From Nannocystales bacterium (lineage in GTDB: Bacteria > Myxococcota_A > Polyangia > Nannocystales > Nannocystaceae): a DNA stretch of 64,000 bases. Positions 1 through 9,682 of the stretch are shown one piece after another. Under the pieces are notes generated by a model, which made no database searches, had not been told where the DNA came from, and saw nothing but the letters and a program-made list of their open reading frames with translations. The stretch lies in the NCBI GenBank assembly GCA_050633305.1, contig JBOEGF010000002.1:217624-281623 (forward strand), read 5' to 3'. The position numbers and the translations under genes are program-made. Positions within the stretch are counted from its first letter, which is position 1; the number at the start of each line of letters is the position of its first letter.

Positions 1-189
1 GAGCCCGATGCCCGAGCCAAGAAGAAGACCACCATCCGGGCCTGGCGTGGCCACGATGACCACATGCACGTCCGCTTCGGCTGCACCGAAGCCGACTTCC
101 AGTGCCGCGGCGCGGTCTCCCGGAAGAAGAAACGGCGCAGGAAGAAGAAGCGGCACAAGTCGAAGCGCAGGCGCAGCCGGAAACGCTAA
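1..189 (+). CDS. C-terminal part of a penicillin-insensitive murein endopeptidase (MepA-like), 5' partial
   Basis: Frame 1 from base 1 translates EPDARAKKKTTIRAWRGHDDHMHVRFGC...SRKKKRRRKKKRHKSKRRRSRKR-TAA(187-189). The H-x-x-H-x-H-V-R-x-x-C motif is typical of MepA/LAS peptidases. Absent from the ORF track because the start is off-window. Confidence 0.7.
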   Translation, partial: EPDARAKKKTTIRAWRGHDDHMHVRFGCTEADFQCRGAVSRKKKRRRKKKRHKSKRRRSRKR

Positions 190-277
190 GCACTACAGAC
201 CGAAGGTCCGTCTACGCTGACTCGGAGTCGCCAGGGCCGTCGCTATCCCCCGGGCCATCATCGTCGTCCGGCGGGAG

Positions 278-505
278 CTACCCAGAGTCTGAAGCTTCTT
301 GCTCGTGGCACGTCCGCTCCCAGTACTCGCGGTCGACTTCCCAATAGGTGTCGTGAATCCGTTCGAGGTCCACGGTGTACTTGCCACCTCGATACGGCAC
401 CGAAGGGTCGGCGAACGGCGCCGCAGAGGCGACCCCGCCAAGGAGCATGACCAACCCCGCCACGACGACTGAGCCAAGAACGCCCACACGCTTGGCGTGC
501 AACAT
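278..505 (-). CDS. Small secreted hypothetical protein, possibly truncated by a premature TAG
   Basis: ATG at 505 gives MLHAKRVGVLGSVVVAGLVMLLGGVASA (signal peptide). The frame continues past the TAG as LPPDDDDGPGDSDGPGDSESA to a second TAG at 212-214. Confidence 0.55.
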   Translation of the reverse strand: MLHAKRVGVLGSVVVAGLVMLLGGVASAAPFADPSVPYRGGKYTVDLERIHDTYWEVDREYWERTCHEQEASDSG

Positions 506-654
506 GTCCCTGGAGCGCCCGCGTACCCCGATCGGATCGAGCGGACAGGCAGCTTTTTTCCTGCCCGCCCTCGCGGCCCTCGACTGACGAGCTTCGCATC
601 GGCTCCCGACCACGGCCCTACACGGCGAACTCTCTCCCGAGCCCCCTCTCCGAC

Positions 655-1518
655 TCAGTTCGAAGGGGGTAGCAGGCCACCAAGCGCGGTGTCCTCCAGC
701 ATTGTGGACAAGCGCTCGGCCAGCTCCTGAGGATCGGAAAATGCATGCTTCCGATAGAGCGCCGGGTAGTCGTTGGTCAGCTTGTCGTACACGGCGCCCG
801 CTTCGCGCGTCGCCACTTGGTCGATCGATGCCACGCGGTCCCGCTGGAACTTGAGCCGGTCTCGGTCAACGAACCCTGCGTTCATGAAGGTGCGGGTCTT
901 TCGGGCGCAACGACACGGGTTGTCCTTGTTGATGAGCCCGCAGTGTCCATTCATGAAGTTGTGCAGATCCCCGCGCGCACGTTGCAACCGCTTGCGAAAG
1001 GTGGCGGACGGGACTTCGAGAATCTCGGACGCCATCGTGTCGGACAGCTCAAACACGGATCCGAGCACGTACGCGAGCCGCTGCTCCCGGTTGAGACACA
1101 GAAGCATCCCGGTCATGCATGCGGTCATCGCTTCCTCGACGAGGAGCTCACGTTCTGGCTCAGGGATGTCATCGAGCTCGAGGTCAGGCGCCGCATCCAG
1201 ACCGCCAGCGTACTCTTCGAACGTGGTGTGATGCTGCTCGCCGACGCTACGCTTTGCGTTGAGCAGGTGGTGAAACGCCACCCGGTACAGCCATGTACGG
1301 AACGAACTGCGCCCTTCGAAGCTCCCGATCCGCCGCAGGACTTTGATGAAGACCTCCTGCGTGGCGTCCTCGGCGGACCCCGGGTCGCCCATCATGCGCA
1401 CGGCGATGTTGTAGATCCAAGGACGGTGCCGCTCGATCACCACCGTGAGCGCGTCGCGGTCTCCCTTCTGCGCCGCAGCGACGACGGTGGGATCGTCGGC
1501 GTCAGAGAACGGATTCAA
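655..1518 (-). CDS. ECF RNA polymerase sigma factor with Cys-rich C-terminal extension
   Basis: Region 2 AEDATQEVFIKV...FEGRSSFRTWLYRVA; region 4 ASEILEVPSATFRKRLQRAR; extension CGLINKDNPCRC. TTG start overlaps the upstream stop (TTGA). Confidence 0.9.
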   Translation of the reverse strand: MNPFSDADDPTVVAAAQKGDRDALTVVIERHRPWIYNIAVRMMGDPGSAEDATQEVFIKVLRRIGSFEGRSSFRTWLYRVAFHHLLNAKRSVGEQHHTTFEEYAGGLDAAPDLELDDIPEPERELLVEEAMTACMTGMLLCLNREQRLAYVLGSVFELSDTMASEILEVPSATFRKRLQRARGDLHNFMNGHCGLINKDNPCRCARKTRTFMNAGFVDRDRLKFQRDRVASIDQVATREAGAVYDKLTNDYPALYRKHAFSDPQELAERLSTMLEDTALGGLLPPSN

Positions 1519-1880
1519 TTGGCCTCCGAGCCCGCCAGGGCGATCCAGGGGCGAGAGTCGTAGTGGGCTCGGATGGACGCGATGCGGCCGGCGCGAACCT
1601 GGAAATACTCTGCGACCGGGCTCTTACCGATCGGCGTGGCAGTCACCAGATCAAAAACGCAACACGCCTGCTCGCCCTCCACGAACAGGTGTTTCACGTC
1701 GAACGTCTCCGTCAGGCTGGACATCTTCGATAGCATAGCGACGAAGTGGTCGGCGTTGGAACTCGTCTCTACCGGGCTCTCAAAGACGAGGTCGTCGTGG
1801 AGCATGCTGCGCACACCGTCGAAGTCTTTCTTCTCGATTCGGGAGTAGAAGGCGGTGACGATTTCTTTGGTCGTGGTCAT
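1515..1880 (-). CDS. SnoaL/NTF2-like protein
   Basis: MTTTKEIVTAFYSRIEKKDFDGVRSMLHDDLVFESP...EYFQVRAGRIASIRAHYD is the typical SnoaL_2 pattern. ATG at 1880. Confidence 0.85.
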   Translation of the reverse strand: MTTTKEIVTAFYSRIEKKDFDGVRSMLHDDLVFESPVETSSNADHFVAMLSKMSSLTETFDVKHLFVEGEQACCVFDLVTATPIGKSPVAEYFQVRAGRIASIRAHYDSRPWIALAGSEAN

Positions 1881-1923
1881 GGTGTTGGTCCTGTACGCGG
1901 GCGGTCTTGCCCACTCGCCTCGG

Positions 1924-1949
1924 AGACACACCGCAGCGCCGACTGTGAC
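1924..1949 (-). promoter_or_regulatory. Putative ECF-type promoter (GTCACA-N16-GTCT)
   Basis: Minus strand reads GTCACA-gtcggcgctgcggtgt-GTCT, about 45 bp upstream of the SnoaL ATG. Resembles the ECF41-type TGTCACA/CGTC promoter. Confidence 0.35.
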
Positions 1950-2223
1950 CGTTGCCGCGAACTTTTTTCCTCCGCGCGCGATTCCACAGCCAGGGCACCG
2001 GACGTAGGGCGCCCCTCAGTTCGGTGAGATCGCCAGCGAAGTGTCTGGCGCCCCCCCAGGGCGGTTCTTCGTCATCGCAGCAACGAAGCCCGGGTCGACG
2101 GCGTCCAGGTCGCGGCACGGGACAAGAAGCTGGTTCTCCCCGCTTCAGGAGCTGGCCTCTCAACAGCACAACCTACAGAGACGACCTCAGGTCGACACTC
2201 TGTTGGTAAAACTGCCGCGACTG

Positions 2224-3414
2224 ATGCGAACTCGCCGCGGATTTTTGTTGTTCTCGGTACTGCGCCTCGCGGCCGGGTGCAGCCAGGGTCCCGCGGAACG
2301 CGCGGACACGGACGCGTCCTCTTCAGAAACCACCGACGGCGTGGAGACCTCCGCGTCCGAGAACACTGCGGAGACGACGTTGGCCGAGACGGAGACCGGC
2401 GTCCCAGCCGAGCCCGTCAACCTCGACATCGACGCGTACCCATTCGACACGCTCTCCGAGTACAACTTCTTCCAAGGTCACCTCGGCGACCTCATGCCGA
2501 ACACGGGCGTCGTCGGGTACACCGTCGCCGCCCCACTGTGGGCGGATGCTGCCGAGAAGGGCCGCTTCTTCGTCATCCCCGAGGGGACTGCGATCGCCTT
2601 CACCACACAGGACGCCTGGGAGTTCCCGACCGGCTCCGTCTTCATCAAGAACTTCTACTTCGATCAAGACCGCGGGAACGCGGAGGACTTGAGAGTCGTC
2701 GAGACTCGGCTGCTCGTGCTCGAAGCAGACGACCAATGGCAAGGCTACGTCTATCTGTGGAACGGCGAGCAGACCGAGGCTGAGCGCACCAAGGGTGGCG
2801 CGGATGTCTACATCGACTTTGTGGACGAAGCCGGCGCCCCACATTCCCAGCTCTACCTCGTCCCCGACCAGAACGTGTGCGAGACCTGCCACCGCCACGA
2901 GGATCGGAAGGTGCTCCTCGGACCGACCACGCTCCAGATGAACACCGCTTGGCCGATCGGTGGCGACGAGGAGGTCAACCAGATCGACTGGCTGTTCGAC
3001 AATGGCTTCTTCCGCGGAGATGTCCCCGCCTCAGCCGACCTGCCCGCTCTTGCCAACCCCGCGTCCAACGCCCCCATCGACGCTCGCGCGCGGGCGTACC
3101 TCCACGGAAACTGCGCACACTGCCATCGCCCCGGCGGACTTGCGGGCATCACCGGCCTCCGGCTCTCGATCTGGGTCGACAACCCCGGCGAGTACGGCGT
3201 GTGCAACCGGTCTGGAGGCGCGGGATCTGGCGCGGACGGAAGCCACCACATCATCTGGCCTGGGCACCCCGAGAAGAGCGTCCTCCCCATCCGCATGGCC
3301 AGCGACGACCCCGAGCTCAAGATGCCGGAGCAACCCAACCTCCTCCCGGACGCATTCGGCGTGGGGCTTATCGAGCAATGGATCACCGAACTCGACGGAG
3401 CGCCCTGCGAGTAG
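2224..3414 (+). CDS. SO2930-like diheme c-type cytochrome lipoprotein
   Basis: Two CxxCH motifs (CETCH, CAHCH), PLWADAAEKGRF, FPTGSVFIKNF, VETRLLV, ARAYLHGNCAHCH; lipobox-like LAAGC. Confidence 0.85.
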   Translation: MRTRRGFLLFSVLRLAAGCSQGPAERADTDASSSETTDGVETSASENTAETTLAETETGVPAEPVNLDIDAYPFDTLSEYNFFQGHLGDLMPNTGVVGYTVAAPLWADAAEKGRFFVIPEGTAIAFTTQDAWEFPTGSVFIKNFYFDQDRGNAEDLRVVETRLLVLEADDQWQGYVYLWNGEQTEAERTKGGADVYIDFVDEAGAPHSQLYLVPDQNVCETCHRHEDRKVLLGPTTLQMNTAWPIGGDEEVNQIDWLFDNGFFRGDVPASADLPALANPASNAPIDARARAYLHGNCAHCHRPGGLAGITGLRLSIWVDNPGEYGVCNRSGGAGSGADGSHHIIWPGHPEKSVLPIRMASDDPELKMPEQPNLLPDAFGVGLIEQWITELDGAPCE

Positions 3415-3469
3415 CCGATGCCCTGCGACGACAACACGACACAGGGGTCGCGCGATTCGCCGCCCTCTG

Positions 3470-4129
3470 TCAGTTCGGATCGCGCTCGAGCTGGAACGGG
3501 CACGTCTCTCCGTTGCTGAGCAGCAGCATGCGGTCGCCCTCGTCGTCGTCATCACCGACAGTCGAGACAGCGAGCTGTGCGTACCCGGGCCGTCCGAAGT
3601 CTCTGCCGAGCTGCTTGAGCGGAAAGCAAAGAAACCGGTTGCAGGTCTCACTTCGCATGGCACGAGGCAAGGCGCAGCCGAGAGCACCGTGAAAGATGCA
3701 GCTGCCCTCGCGTGCAACCTCGGGCACGTGATCCAGGTAGGACTCCAGCAGCGCGGCGTCGGTCGCAAGCCTCTGTTCCACCCTCACGCGAGAGAGGACC
3801 GAACGAGTGAGAAACGCGTGCCCCTCACCTGCCTTGCAGCATGCTCCCCGGCACGTCCCGCATACCGCGAGAATCGACGCGTCATCGAGGGGGGTCGAGG
3901 TCTGCGGAACCTTCGTCCGGTCTTTTCGCGCATAGAACTCCGCCTCGATGCTCGTCGCGAGTTCGTCCTTTCTGGCGCGGGTCACGGGCACCATCTTCAC
4001 CTCCGCCGCCGGAAGCACGACGAGCTCGACCTTCTCAGGGCCCGCAAGGCCCAGACCCTGTGCGACCTGCGTTCGGACTCGGAGACGGTCTTGCTCCTTC
4101 GCTCCCGAACGCTGGGTTTTCGAGTCCAT
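3470..4129 (-). CDS. Cys-cluster protein (YkgJ / zinc- or iron-chelating-like)
   Basis: CGTCRGACC ... CIFHGALGCALPRAMRSETCNRFLC. Confidence 0.6.
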   Translation of the reverse strand: MDSKTQRSGAKEQDRLRVRTQVAQGLGLAGPEKVELVVLPAAEVKMVPVTRARKDELATSIEAEFYARKDRTKVPQTSTPLDDASILAVCGTCRGACCKAGEGHAFLTRSVLSRVRVEQRLATDAALLESYLDHVPEVAREGSCIFHGALGCALPRAMRSETCNRFLCFPLKQLGRDFGRPGYAQLAVSTVGDDDDEGDRMLLLSNGETCPFQLERDPN

Positions 4130-4224
4130 TCGTCTCGAACGCTACCTCGTCCGCCTCCTCGTACATCACCCGCAGACCACCGTGCGCCGTGAGCTTCATC
4201 AGCGACCGTGTGAAGGGTCTGCCC

Positions 4225-5433
4225 TCAGTCGGCGAGGTGGTCGCGCACGTACGCGGAGAACCTCTCCCTCACCGTCGCATCGCTGGGGCCAAAGCCCCGT
4301 GCGCTGTAGGCGTGAGAGCCATACTTGTCCTTGGGTCGGGCGGCGAGATGCCGCTCCATTCCCTCGACCATCTCCTCGGAGACCGTCAACTCGAGGTGAG
4401 CGTAGATCCGCCGCACGCAGTCGATCGGGTTGGCGACCAAGTCGGCATACCGCACGTCAACCCAACCCTTCGAGCGCGCGCGCGCCAGCTCGGACGTTTC
4501 CACGAGGTGCTCGAGATGCTCGAGGTTGCTCGTGCACATTCGCTCGATGTCCAAGCCCTCGGAGACCAACGAGTGAAGCGAGAGCACCAGGCTGTTGGCG
4601 CTTGGAACCACGGACACCGGGTCTCGATGCGTCTGCACGAGAAGCGCGTTCGGGACGGCCTGCAACAGAGCTTGCACGGCGGCGGTATGAGCAGGTGCCT
4701 TCAACACCAACCGCTGGGTAGGGGTCTCGCGTTGGAACCACTGCAGGTACCAGCGGTAGAGCTCGTAGGATCCGTGCAAGTCCTGCGCTCTGAGCCACTG
4801 CAGGTAGCCGTGCACCGGCGCAAAAACCCAGAACGAAGCGCTCACGAGCGAGGGGTCCAGCAGCAGCACACACTCCTCGGGGTTGTCCGCGTCGAAATGG
4901 TGCTTGGCGTCGAGCGTTTGGTCCATCCATCTCGCTCGCGCGAGGGCCTTTGCAGTGCGGCGCCGCCGATGGTCTGGGCCGGGCCCCGCGATCGGTTCCA
5001 TCAGCTCCCACAGCCGAAGCGGTCGAGCCCCCGGGTCGCACGCGAGCAGGTGATGCAGAAACGTGGTGCCCGAGCGGGGAAGGCCCATGACAATGATCGG
5101 TGGTACCAAGTCGACCTGCTCGACTTCGGGTTGAGCCGCCCGGGTCTGCACGTACCGCAGTCGGTTCGTCAGACTGCGCACGATGTAGTCCCGAAACGCG
5201 ATTCGGCCCGCCAAGGACAGCCCGGCATCCACCTCGACCGACCGACATAGCGTCTCGAGCCCCTCGGAGAACTGCGTCTGTTCGCCGAAGTCGTGGAGGC
5301 CAGATGCCCGAACCGCTCGCTCCCGCAGCGCCGAGGCCTCGAGCGGCACGATCCGCGCTGCCGGCCTGCGACCGGCCCAGTTCAGCGCGCGGATCGGTAA
5401 CGGAAGCTTGTGAGGCGTTGGAGTCGGATTCAT
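4225..5433 (-). CDS. Sulfotransferase (Sulfotransfer_3 family)
   Basis: PAPS-binding loop IVMGLPRSGTTFLH, LVLKAPAH, VQTHRDP, VRYADLVANP. ATG at 5433. Confidence 0.9.
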   Translation of the reverse strand: MNPTPTPHKLPLPIRALNWAGRRPAARIVPLEASALRERAVRASGLHDFGEQTQFSEGLETLCRSVEVDAGLSLAGRIAFRDYIVRSLTNRLRYVQTRAAQPEVEQVDLVPPIIVMGLPRSGTTFLHHLLACDPGARPLRLWELMEPIAGPGPDHRRRRTAKALARARWMDQTLDAKHHFDADNPEECVLLLDPSLVSASFWVFAPVHGYLQWLRAQDLHGSYELYRWYLQWFQRETPTQRLVLKAPAHTAAVQALLQAVPNALLVQTHRDPVSVVPSANSLVLSLHSLVSEGLDIERMCTSNLEHLEHLVETSELARARSKGWVDVRYADLVANPIDCVRRIYAHLELTVSEEMVEGMERHLAARPKDKYGSHAYSARGFGPSDATVRERFSAYVRDHLAD

Positions 5434-5441
5434 GGGACGGC

Positions 5442-6071
5442 TCAACCAAACGGGGGCCACAGGGCGGCCGAAGCGAACACCGGGATGTTCAGGAGTTCGG
5501 CCTGCCAAGGCCGCAGGACGAGTACGCCGAACGCCAACACGGCCGCGTAGGCAAACTGAGTGCCCGCGGCTCCCGGCACGCCCGCGAACAACGAGGACAC
5601 GCCCAAGAACACGGCGGAGGCGGCGATCATCGTCCCCATCGTGATGTCGGCACGGACCCGCGAAAACGACAGCACGGCGGCTGCGATCCCCGTGCAGCCC
5701 AATGCGCCCAGCGTCGCGAGCGTACCGTCGGCTGCCAACGCGACGTCGGCCAACACGAATCGCATCCAGGACACGAGCGCGAACACGACCACCGCGGCCG
5801 ACCCAAGGGCGTTGCGCCGAAAGTAGACCACCTCGAGGTCCCGACTCGCCGCGCTACGAGTTCCATTCCTTGCGAGCAAACACTGGCCCAGCGCCTCGAG
5901 GGCAAACAAGGCCAGCAGCGGTGCCGACCCGCTGCCCCTCACCATCAACACCGCCACGGCGCAGAACACAACCGCCGAGACGTATTGAGCCTGATACGTG
6001 CGACGCTTTCCGACCTGTCCGCAGGAGCGCCGGTGCACGCTGTCGCTCAACTGCTCAATCAGCCTGCGCAC
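5442..6071 (-). CDS. Polytopic membrane protein, unknown function
   Basis: About 6 hydrophobic segments; overlaps the P450 stop and ends just before the sulfotransferase start. Confidence 0.65.
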   Translation of the reverse strand: MRRLIEQLSDSVHRRSCGQVGKRRTYQAQYVSAVVFCAVAVLMVRGSGSAPLLALFALEALGQCLLARNGTRSAASRDLEVVYFRRNALGSAAVVVFALVSWMRFVLADVALAADGTLATLGALGCTGIAAAVLSFSRVRADITMGTMIAASAVFLGVSSLFAGVPGAAGTQFAYAAVLAFGVLVLRPWQAELLNIPVFASAALWPPFG

Positions 6072-7548
6072 GCGACCTCGGCTCGATGTCCAGGTGCAAT
6101 CCCCCCTGGGGAGTCAGGCTCACGTGCGAGATGGGTCGGGGCATGTCGCCGGGCAAGGAGAGTGAGAACTCCGCCAAGACCCGCACGACGATCACCGCGA
6201 CCTCGACCGTCGCGAAGGTTTGCCCAACGCAACCGCGCTCGCCCTTGGAGAAGGGAACGTACGCGGACATCTGCGAGGCGGGGCACCCCGAGAACCGCTC
6301 GGGGCGAAACTCGAGCGGGTCCGACCAGTGCTCGGAGTCGCGATGCAAAACCCAGGTGGGCACAACGACGCTGGTGTTGGGTGGAACCCGATAGCCACTG
6401 AGCACGTCCTCCTGGAGAGTCCGCCTCGAAGACATCGCGATGACCGTGTACAGCCGGACCGCCTCCAAGATGGTGCAGTAGGTTTGGGGGTGGGTCTGCC
6501 GGAGCGTCGCCCAATCAACATCCAGACCCGCTGCATCGATCTCGGTGTGAAGCCGGGCCTGAATGGTGGGGTGCGCGGCGATGGTGGCAAAGACCCAGGC
6601 CAAGGTGTTGGCCGTCGTTTCGTAACCGGCGATCAGCAGCGTCACGACTTCGTCCCGCAACACTCGGTCGCTGAGCGGCTCGCCACTGTCAGGATCGACC
6701 CCGTGAACCAACTGATCGAGGATGCTCCTCGCCCCCTGCGGTGCCGGCGACTCCCGAGACGCTTCGATCAATCTGCCAACGATACGGTCCAAGTTGTCGC
6801 GGTGGCGATTGAACTTCCGGTTCACGGGGGTGGGCACCCAGTACGGCACCGGGAACAGCTGAAACATGTGGTCGTGGACCACCCCTGATGTGTATCGGAC
6901 TGCGTCATCGATCGCCGTCCCATCCTCGGGGCGGAGATTGGCGCCAAGCAGCGCCTTCCCGGCGATTTGGAACGTGATCGTCCGCATCGCTCGCCACACG
7001 TCGGTCTTCGAGCCGCCACCGGACTGCGCGACCTGGTTCCACTTCGCGACCAACGCATCGGCGTACTCGGCAAACACCGGCACGAAGCTCCGAACGGACC
7101 CCGCGCTCATGGCCTTGTTGACGACAGCCCGGCTCTTGGCCCACGAGCGCCGATCGTTGTTGGTCACCAGGCCATCGCCCATGACCACATTCATTTCTTC
7201 GGTCTGCGCCCCCTTGACGTAGTTGCGCTGGTTTTGAATGAGCACACGACCGACCGCGGCTGGCTCGTAGATGATCACCGTGCTGATCGGCCACGGGTAA
7301 CTCGCGATCGGGCCGTAGCGCTCGTGTGTGACCTCGAGCGCTCCCAGGCTGTCTCGCTGGAAGTGCCGCATCAGTCGGACGAACTCGAGCCCCCGTGGGC
7401 CGGGGATATGGCCCAGGTACGGAACACCCACCAACCGGTGGAACCAGCGAACGGCCCTGTCGAAGACCCTCCCGGCTGCGGAGCGGCGCACGAGCGCGGC
7501 GCCATCACCCGCGGAGGTCGCTAGCGCAGTCGGGTGCTCTCGCCCCAT
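6055..7548 (-). CDS. Cytochrome P450
   Basis: I-helix LIAGYETTA, K-helix EAVR, FRPERF, heme motif PFSKGERGCVG. Confidence 0.95.
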   Translation of the reverse strand: MGREHPTALATSAGDGAALVRRSAAGRVFDRAVRWFHRLVGVPYLGHIPGPRGLEFVRLMRHFQRDSLGALEVTHERYGPIASYPWPISTVIIYEPAAVGRVLIQNQRNYVKGAQTEEMNVVMGDGLVTNNDRRSWAKSRAVVNKAMSAGSVRSFVPVFAEYADALVAKWNQVAQSGGGSKTDVWRAMRTITFQIAGKALLGANLRPEDGTAIDDAVRYTSGVVHDHMFQLFPVPYWVPTPVNRKFNRHRDNLDRIVGRLIEASRESPAPQGARSILDQLVHGVDPDSGEPLSDRVLRDEVVTLLIAGYETTANTLAWVFATIAAHPTIQARLHTEIDAAGLDVDWATLRQTHPQTYCTILEAVRLYTVIAMSSRRTLQEDVLSGYRVPPNTSVVVPTWVLHRDSEHWSDPLEFRPERFSGCPASQMSAYVPFSKGERGCVGQTFATVEVAVIVVRVLAEFSLSLPGDMPRPISHVSLTPQGGLHLDIEPRSRAQAD

Positions 7549-8429
7549 ATTCCCCCGAGGTCGAAGTAGCGGCGTACAACGCCCGTTGGCCGGACAGCAC
7601 GCGCCCCTTCGGAGACCTGTTCTTGCGGTGGAATGGTCAGCATGGGCGCGCTCCGTTCATCCACCGTGCGGGGATCGATCAGCTTGGGCTGAAGGTGGTG
7701 ATTCTTGTGAAAGTAGCCGCCCATTGTCACCGCGTTCGCCACATCGTAGTAGAGGTTTCCGCTCAGGTTGACGATCTCGACCGAGCCGTCGTCCTGGTCG
7801 CGATGACACGCGTAGTTGATGTGGGCCAGGATCGCGACATCGCTGAGAATCGACGGGATGTAGAAAAGCAGGAACAGCTCGGGTCCGAAGACGAGGGCCC
7901 ACATCGCGACCCGCAGAATCACGTTGGCATTAAAGGCAACGAACTCCCCCCACCGAACGCGTTCGTAGCCAGGCGAGGCCCCGTGCACACTCGCCAGATA
8001 GGCTCGAGCGATCCTCGTGGGGTGGCGCAACGGCGAGATCAGATACTGGAAGAACGTCAGACCGCGCGGCGAAACGGGGTCGTGTTTTCGGTCGGTGTGG
8101 GAATGATGGAGCGTGTGAATGAGGACGAAGCTCGTGTACCCATATCCGAGGTACGCGCCAGCGAACTCCCCGATCACTCGGTTGCTTCGACCCGGGAAAT
8201 TGCTGTGCCCCGCGTTGTGGACCAGTGAAGCGACGAACCATCCGAAGGGAATCGCCACGACCACCGCGAGCGCGTGGGCAGGAACGAGGTCGAACGAGGT
8301 GAACGCCGTCCAGCGGAGCCATGCCAGAGGCGCCACGATCGAAAGCAGCTGCAGCGTTTCGAAGAAATAACGCCGCATCAAGAACTTGGCGTCGGCGCGG
8401 CAGCGCTGGAAGATCGCGGAAGCACGCAT
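7521..8429 (-). CDS. Membrane fatty-acid desaturase family protein
   Basis: His boxes HNAGH, HTLHHSH, HINYACH, FHKNHH with hydrophobic spans. Confidence 0.85.
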   Translation of the reverse strand: MRASAIFQRCRADAKFLMRRYFFETLQLLSIVAPLAWLRWTAFTSFDLVPAHALAVVVAIPFGWFVASLVHNAGHSNFPGRSNRVIGEFAGAYLGYGYTSFVLIHTLHHSHTDRKHDPVSPRGLTFFQYLISPLRHPTRIARAYLASVHGASPGYERVRWGEFVAFNANVILRVAMWALVFGPELFLLFYIPSILSDVAILAHINYACHRDQDDGSVEIVNLSGNLYYDVANAVTMGGYFHKNHHLQPKLIDPRTVDERSAPMLTIPPQEQVSEGARAVRPTGVVRRYFDLGGIWGESTRLR

Positions 8430-8647
8430 CGAAGTCCCCCTCGCCGCCGATAGGGCCGCAAGGTCGAGGAATATAGCCGCGGCGTTTCTGAGTTCCAGGC
8501 AACAGGATCGCGAATCGACTTCGCAGCATTGCGATTCGGCGGTAGGTGGACCGAGGGAGGACTGCTACACCGCGATGCGACCGAGCGGTCCTCGCTCCGG
8601 CTCGCGGAGGCGTGGTTGAACTTCAACGCGCCCGTATATTCCCGGCC

Positions 8648-9595
8648 ATGACCTTCAGCCGTTTGCATGTTCCGTTGGGCCTACTGCTTGCCTTGAGCGC
8701 GTGCGGGGATGACGACAGCGCCCCCGCGGCAACAGGCTCCACCGGAGTCGATACCGAAAGCGACCCCGGGACCTCGAGCATCAGCGGAAGCCCGACCAGC
8801 ACCACGGACGCGGGGAGCTCGACCGGGCCCGGGCAAACGACGGATGCCGATGCGTCATCCGGGACAACGACGGAAGGTGGTGAGGAGTCCTCTTCGACTG
8901 GCTCTATCGCAGACCCCGAGCCGAGCTACTTTCGCATCACGTCGCTCAACATTCGAGACCCCCACTTCTTCGTCCTCATCGAGGACGTGACCGATGTGAT
9001 CAACGACTCCGTCAACGAAGGGCTCACCACCGACGACCCCGACCGCCCCGACGGAATGCTCGACCTCGGGTTTGTACTGTCGTTCGAACCGCTCGATCAA
9101 AGCGACGGAGCCAGCGCGGATTTCTCGCTGGTCAACGCCCAGTGCGTCTCCCCCGTCGCGGAGACGTCGTGCGACATCCTGCCGGGCACCCAGCTCTATC
9201 CGACGACCTACACCTCGTCCGCCGAAGGCGAGTGCTACGCGGCCACGCCCTCGAACCTCTCCGACTACGACGATCCACCAGCGGCTCCAACGCCGACCAC
9301 GGGACCGTGCTTCATCACCGCTCCGACCGACGTCTCGATCATCGCCGGGGCGGTCGAGCTGCCCCTTTCCAACGCGTTGGTGTCGGCCCGATTCGTCGGA
9401 GATCCGGCGGACAACATCGTCGAAGGCAACCTGGAAGGGTTCATCAGCATGCAAGACGCCGAGGAGACCGAAGTGTCGACGCCGCTGGGAGACTTCCAGC
9501 TTGACCGCTTCTTGGACGACGACGATGCCGACGGCGCGGGCTGGGTGTTCCACATCGCATTCACCGCCGAAGCCGTGGACTGGACCGGAAAGTAG
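8648..9595 (+). CDS. Hypothetical lipoprotein with Ser/Thr-rich linker
   Basis: MTFSRLHVPLGLLLALSACGDDD lipobox, S/T/G linker, acidic Cys-containing globular domain. Confidence 0.8.
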   Translation: MTFSRLHVPLGLLLALSACGDDDSAPAATGSTGVDTESDPGTSSISGSPTSTTDAGSSTGPGQTTDADASSGTTTEGGEESSSTGSIADPEPSYFRITSLNIRDPHFFVLIEDVTDVINDSVNEGLTTDDPDRPDGMLDLGFVLSFEPLDQSDGASADFSLVNAQCVSPVAETSCDILPGTQLYPTTYTSSAEGECYAATPSNLSDYDDPPAAPTPTTGPCFITAPTDVSIIAGAVELPLSNALVSARFVGDPADNIVEGNLEGFISMQDAEETEVSTPLGDFQLDRFLDDDDADGAGWVFHIAFTAEAVDWTGK

Positions 9596-9682
9596 CGCTC
9601 TCAGAGGACTCGCCTGAGCGGGCGTGCGGCGGCCGGACAAGCCCGCCGCACGACAGCGGGGTTCGCGTAATACTCTCGTGGC

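Noticed and set aside
6055..7548. P450 as a biarylitide-type RiPP enzyme
   Set aside because: No short YxH-type precursor seen upstream; the gene is coupled to lipid-tailoring genes.
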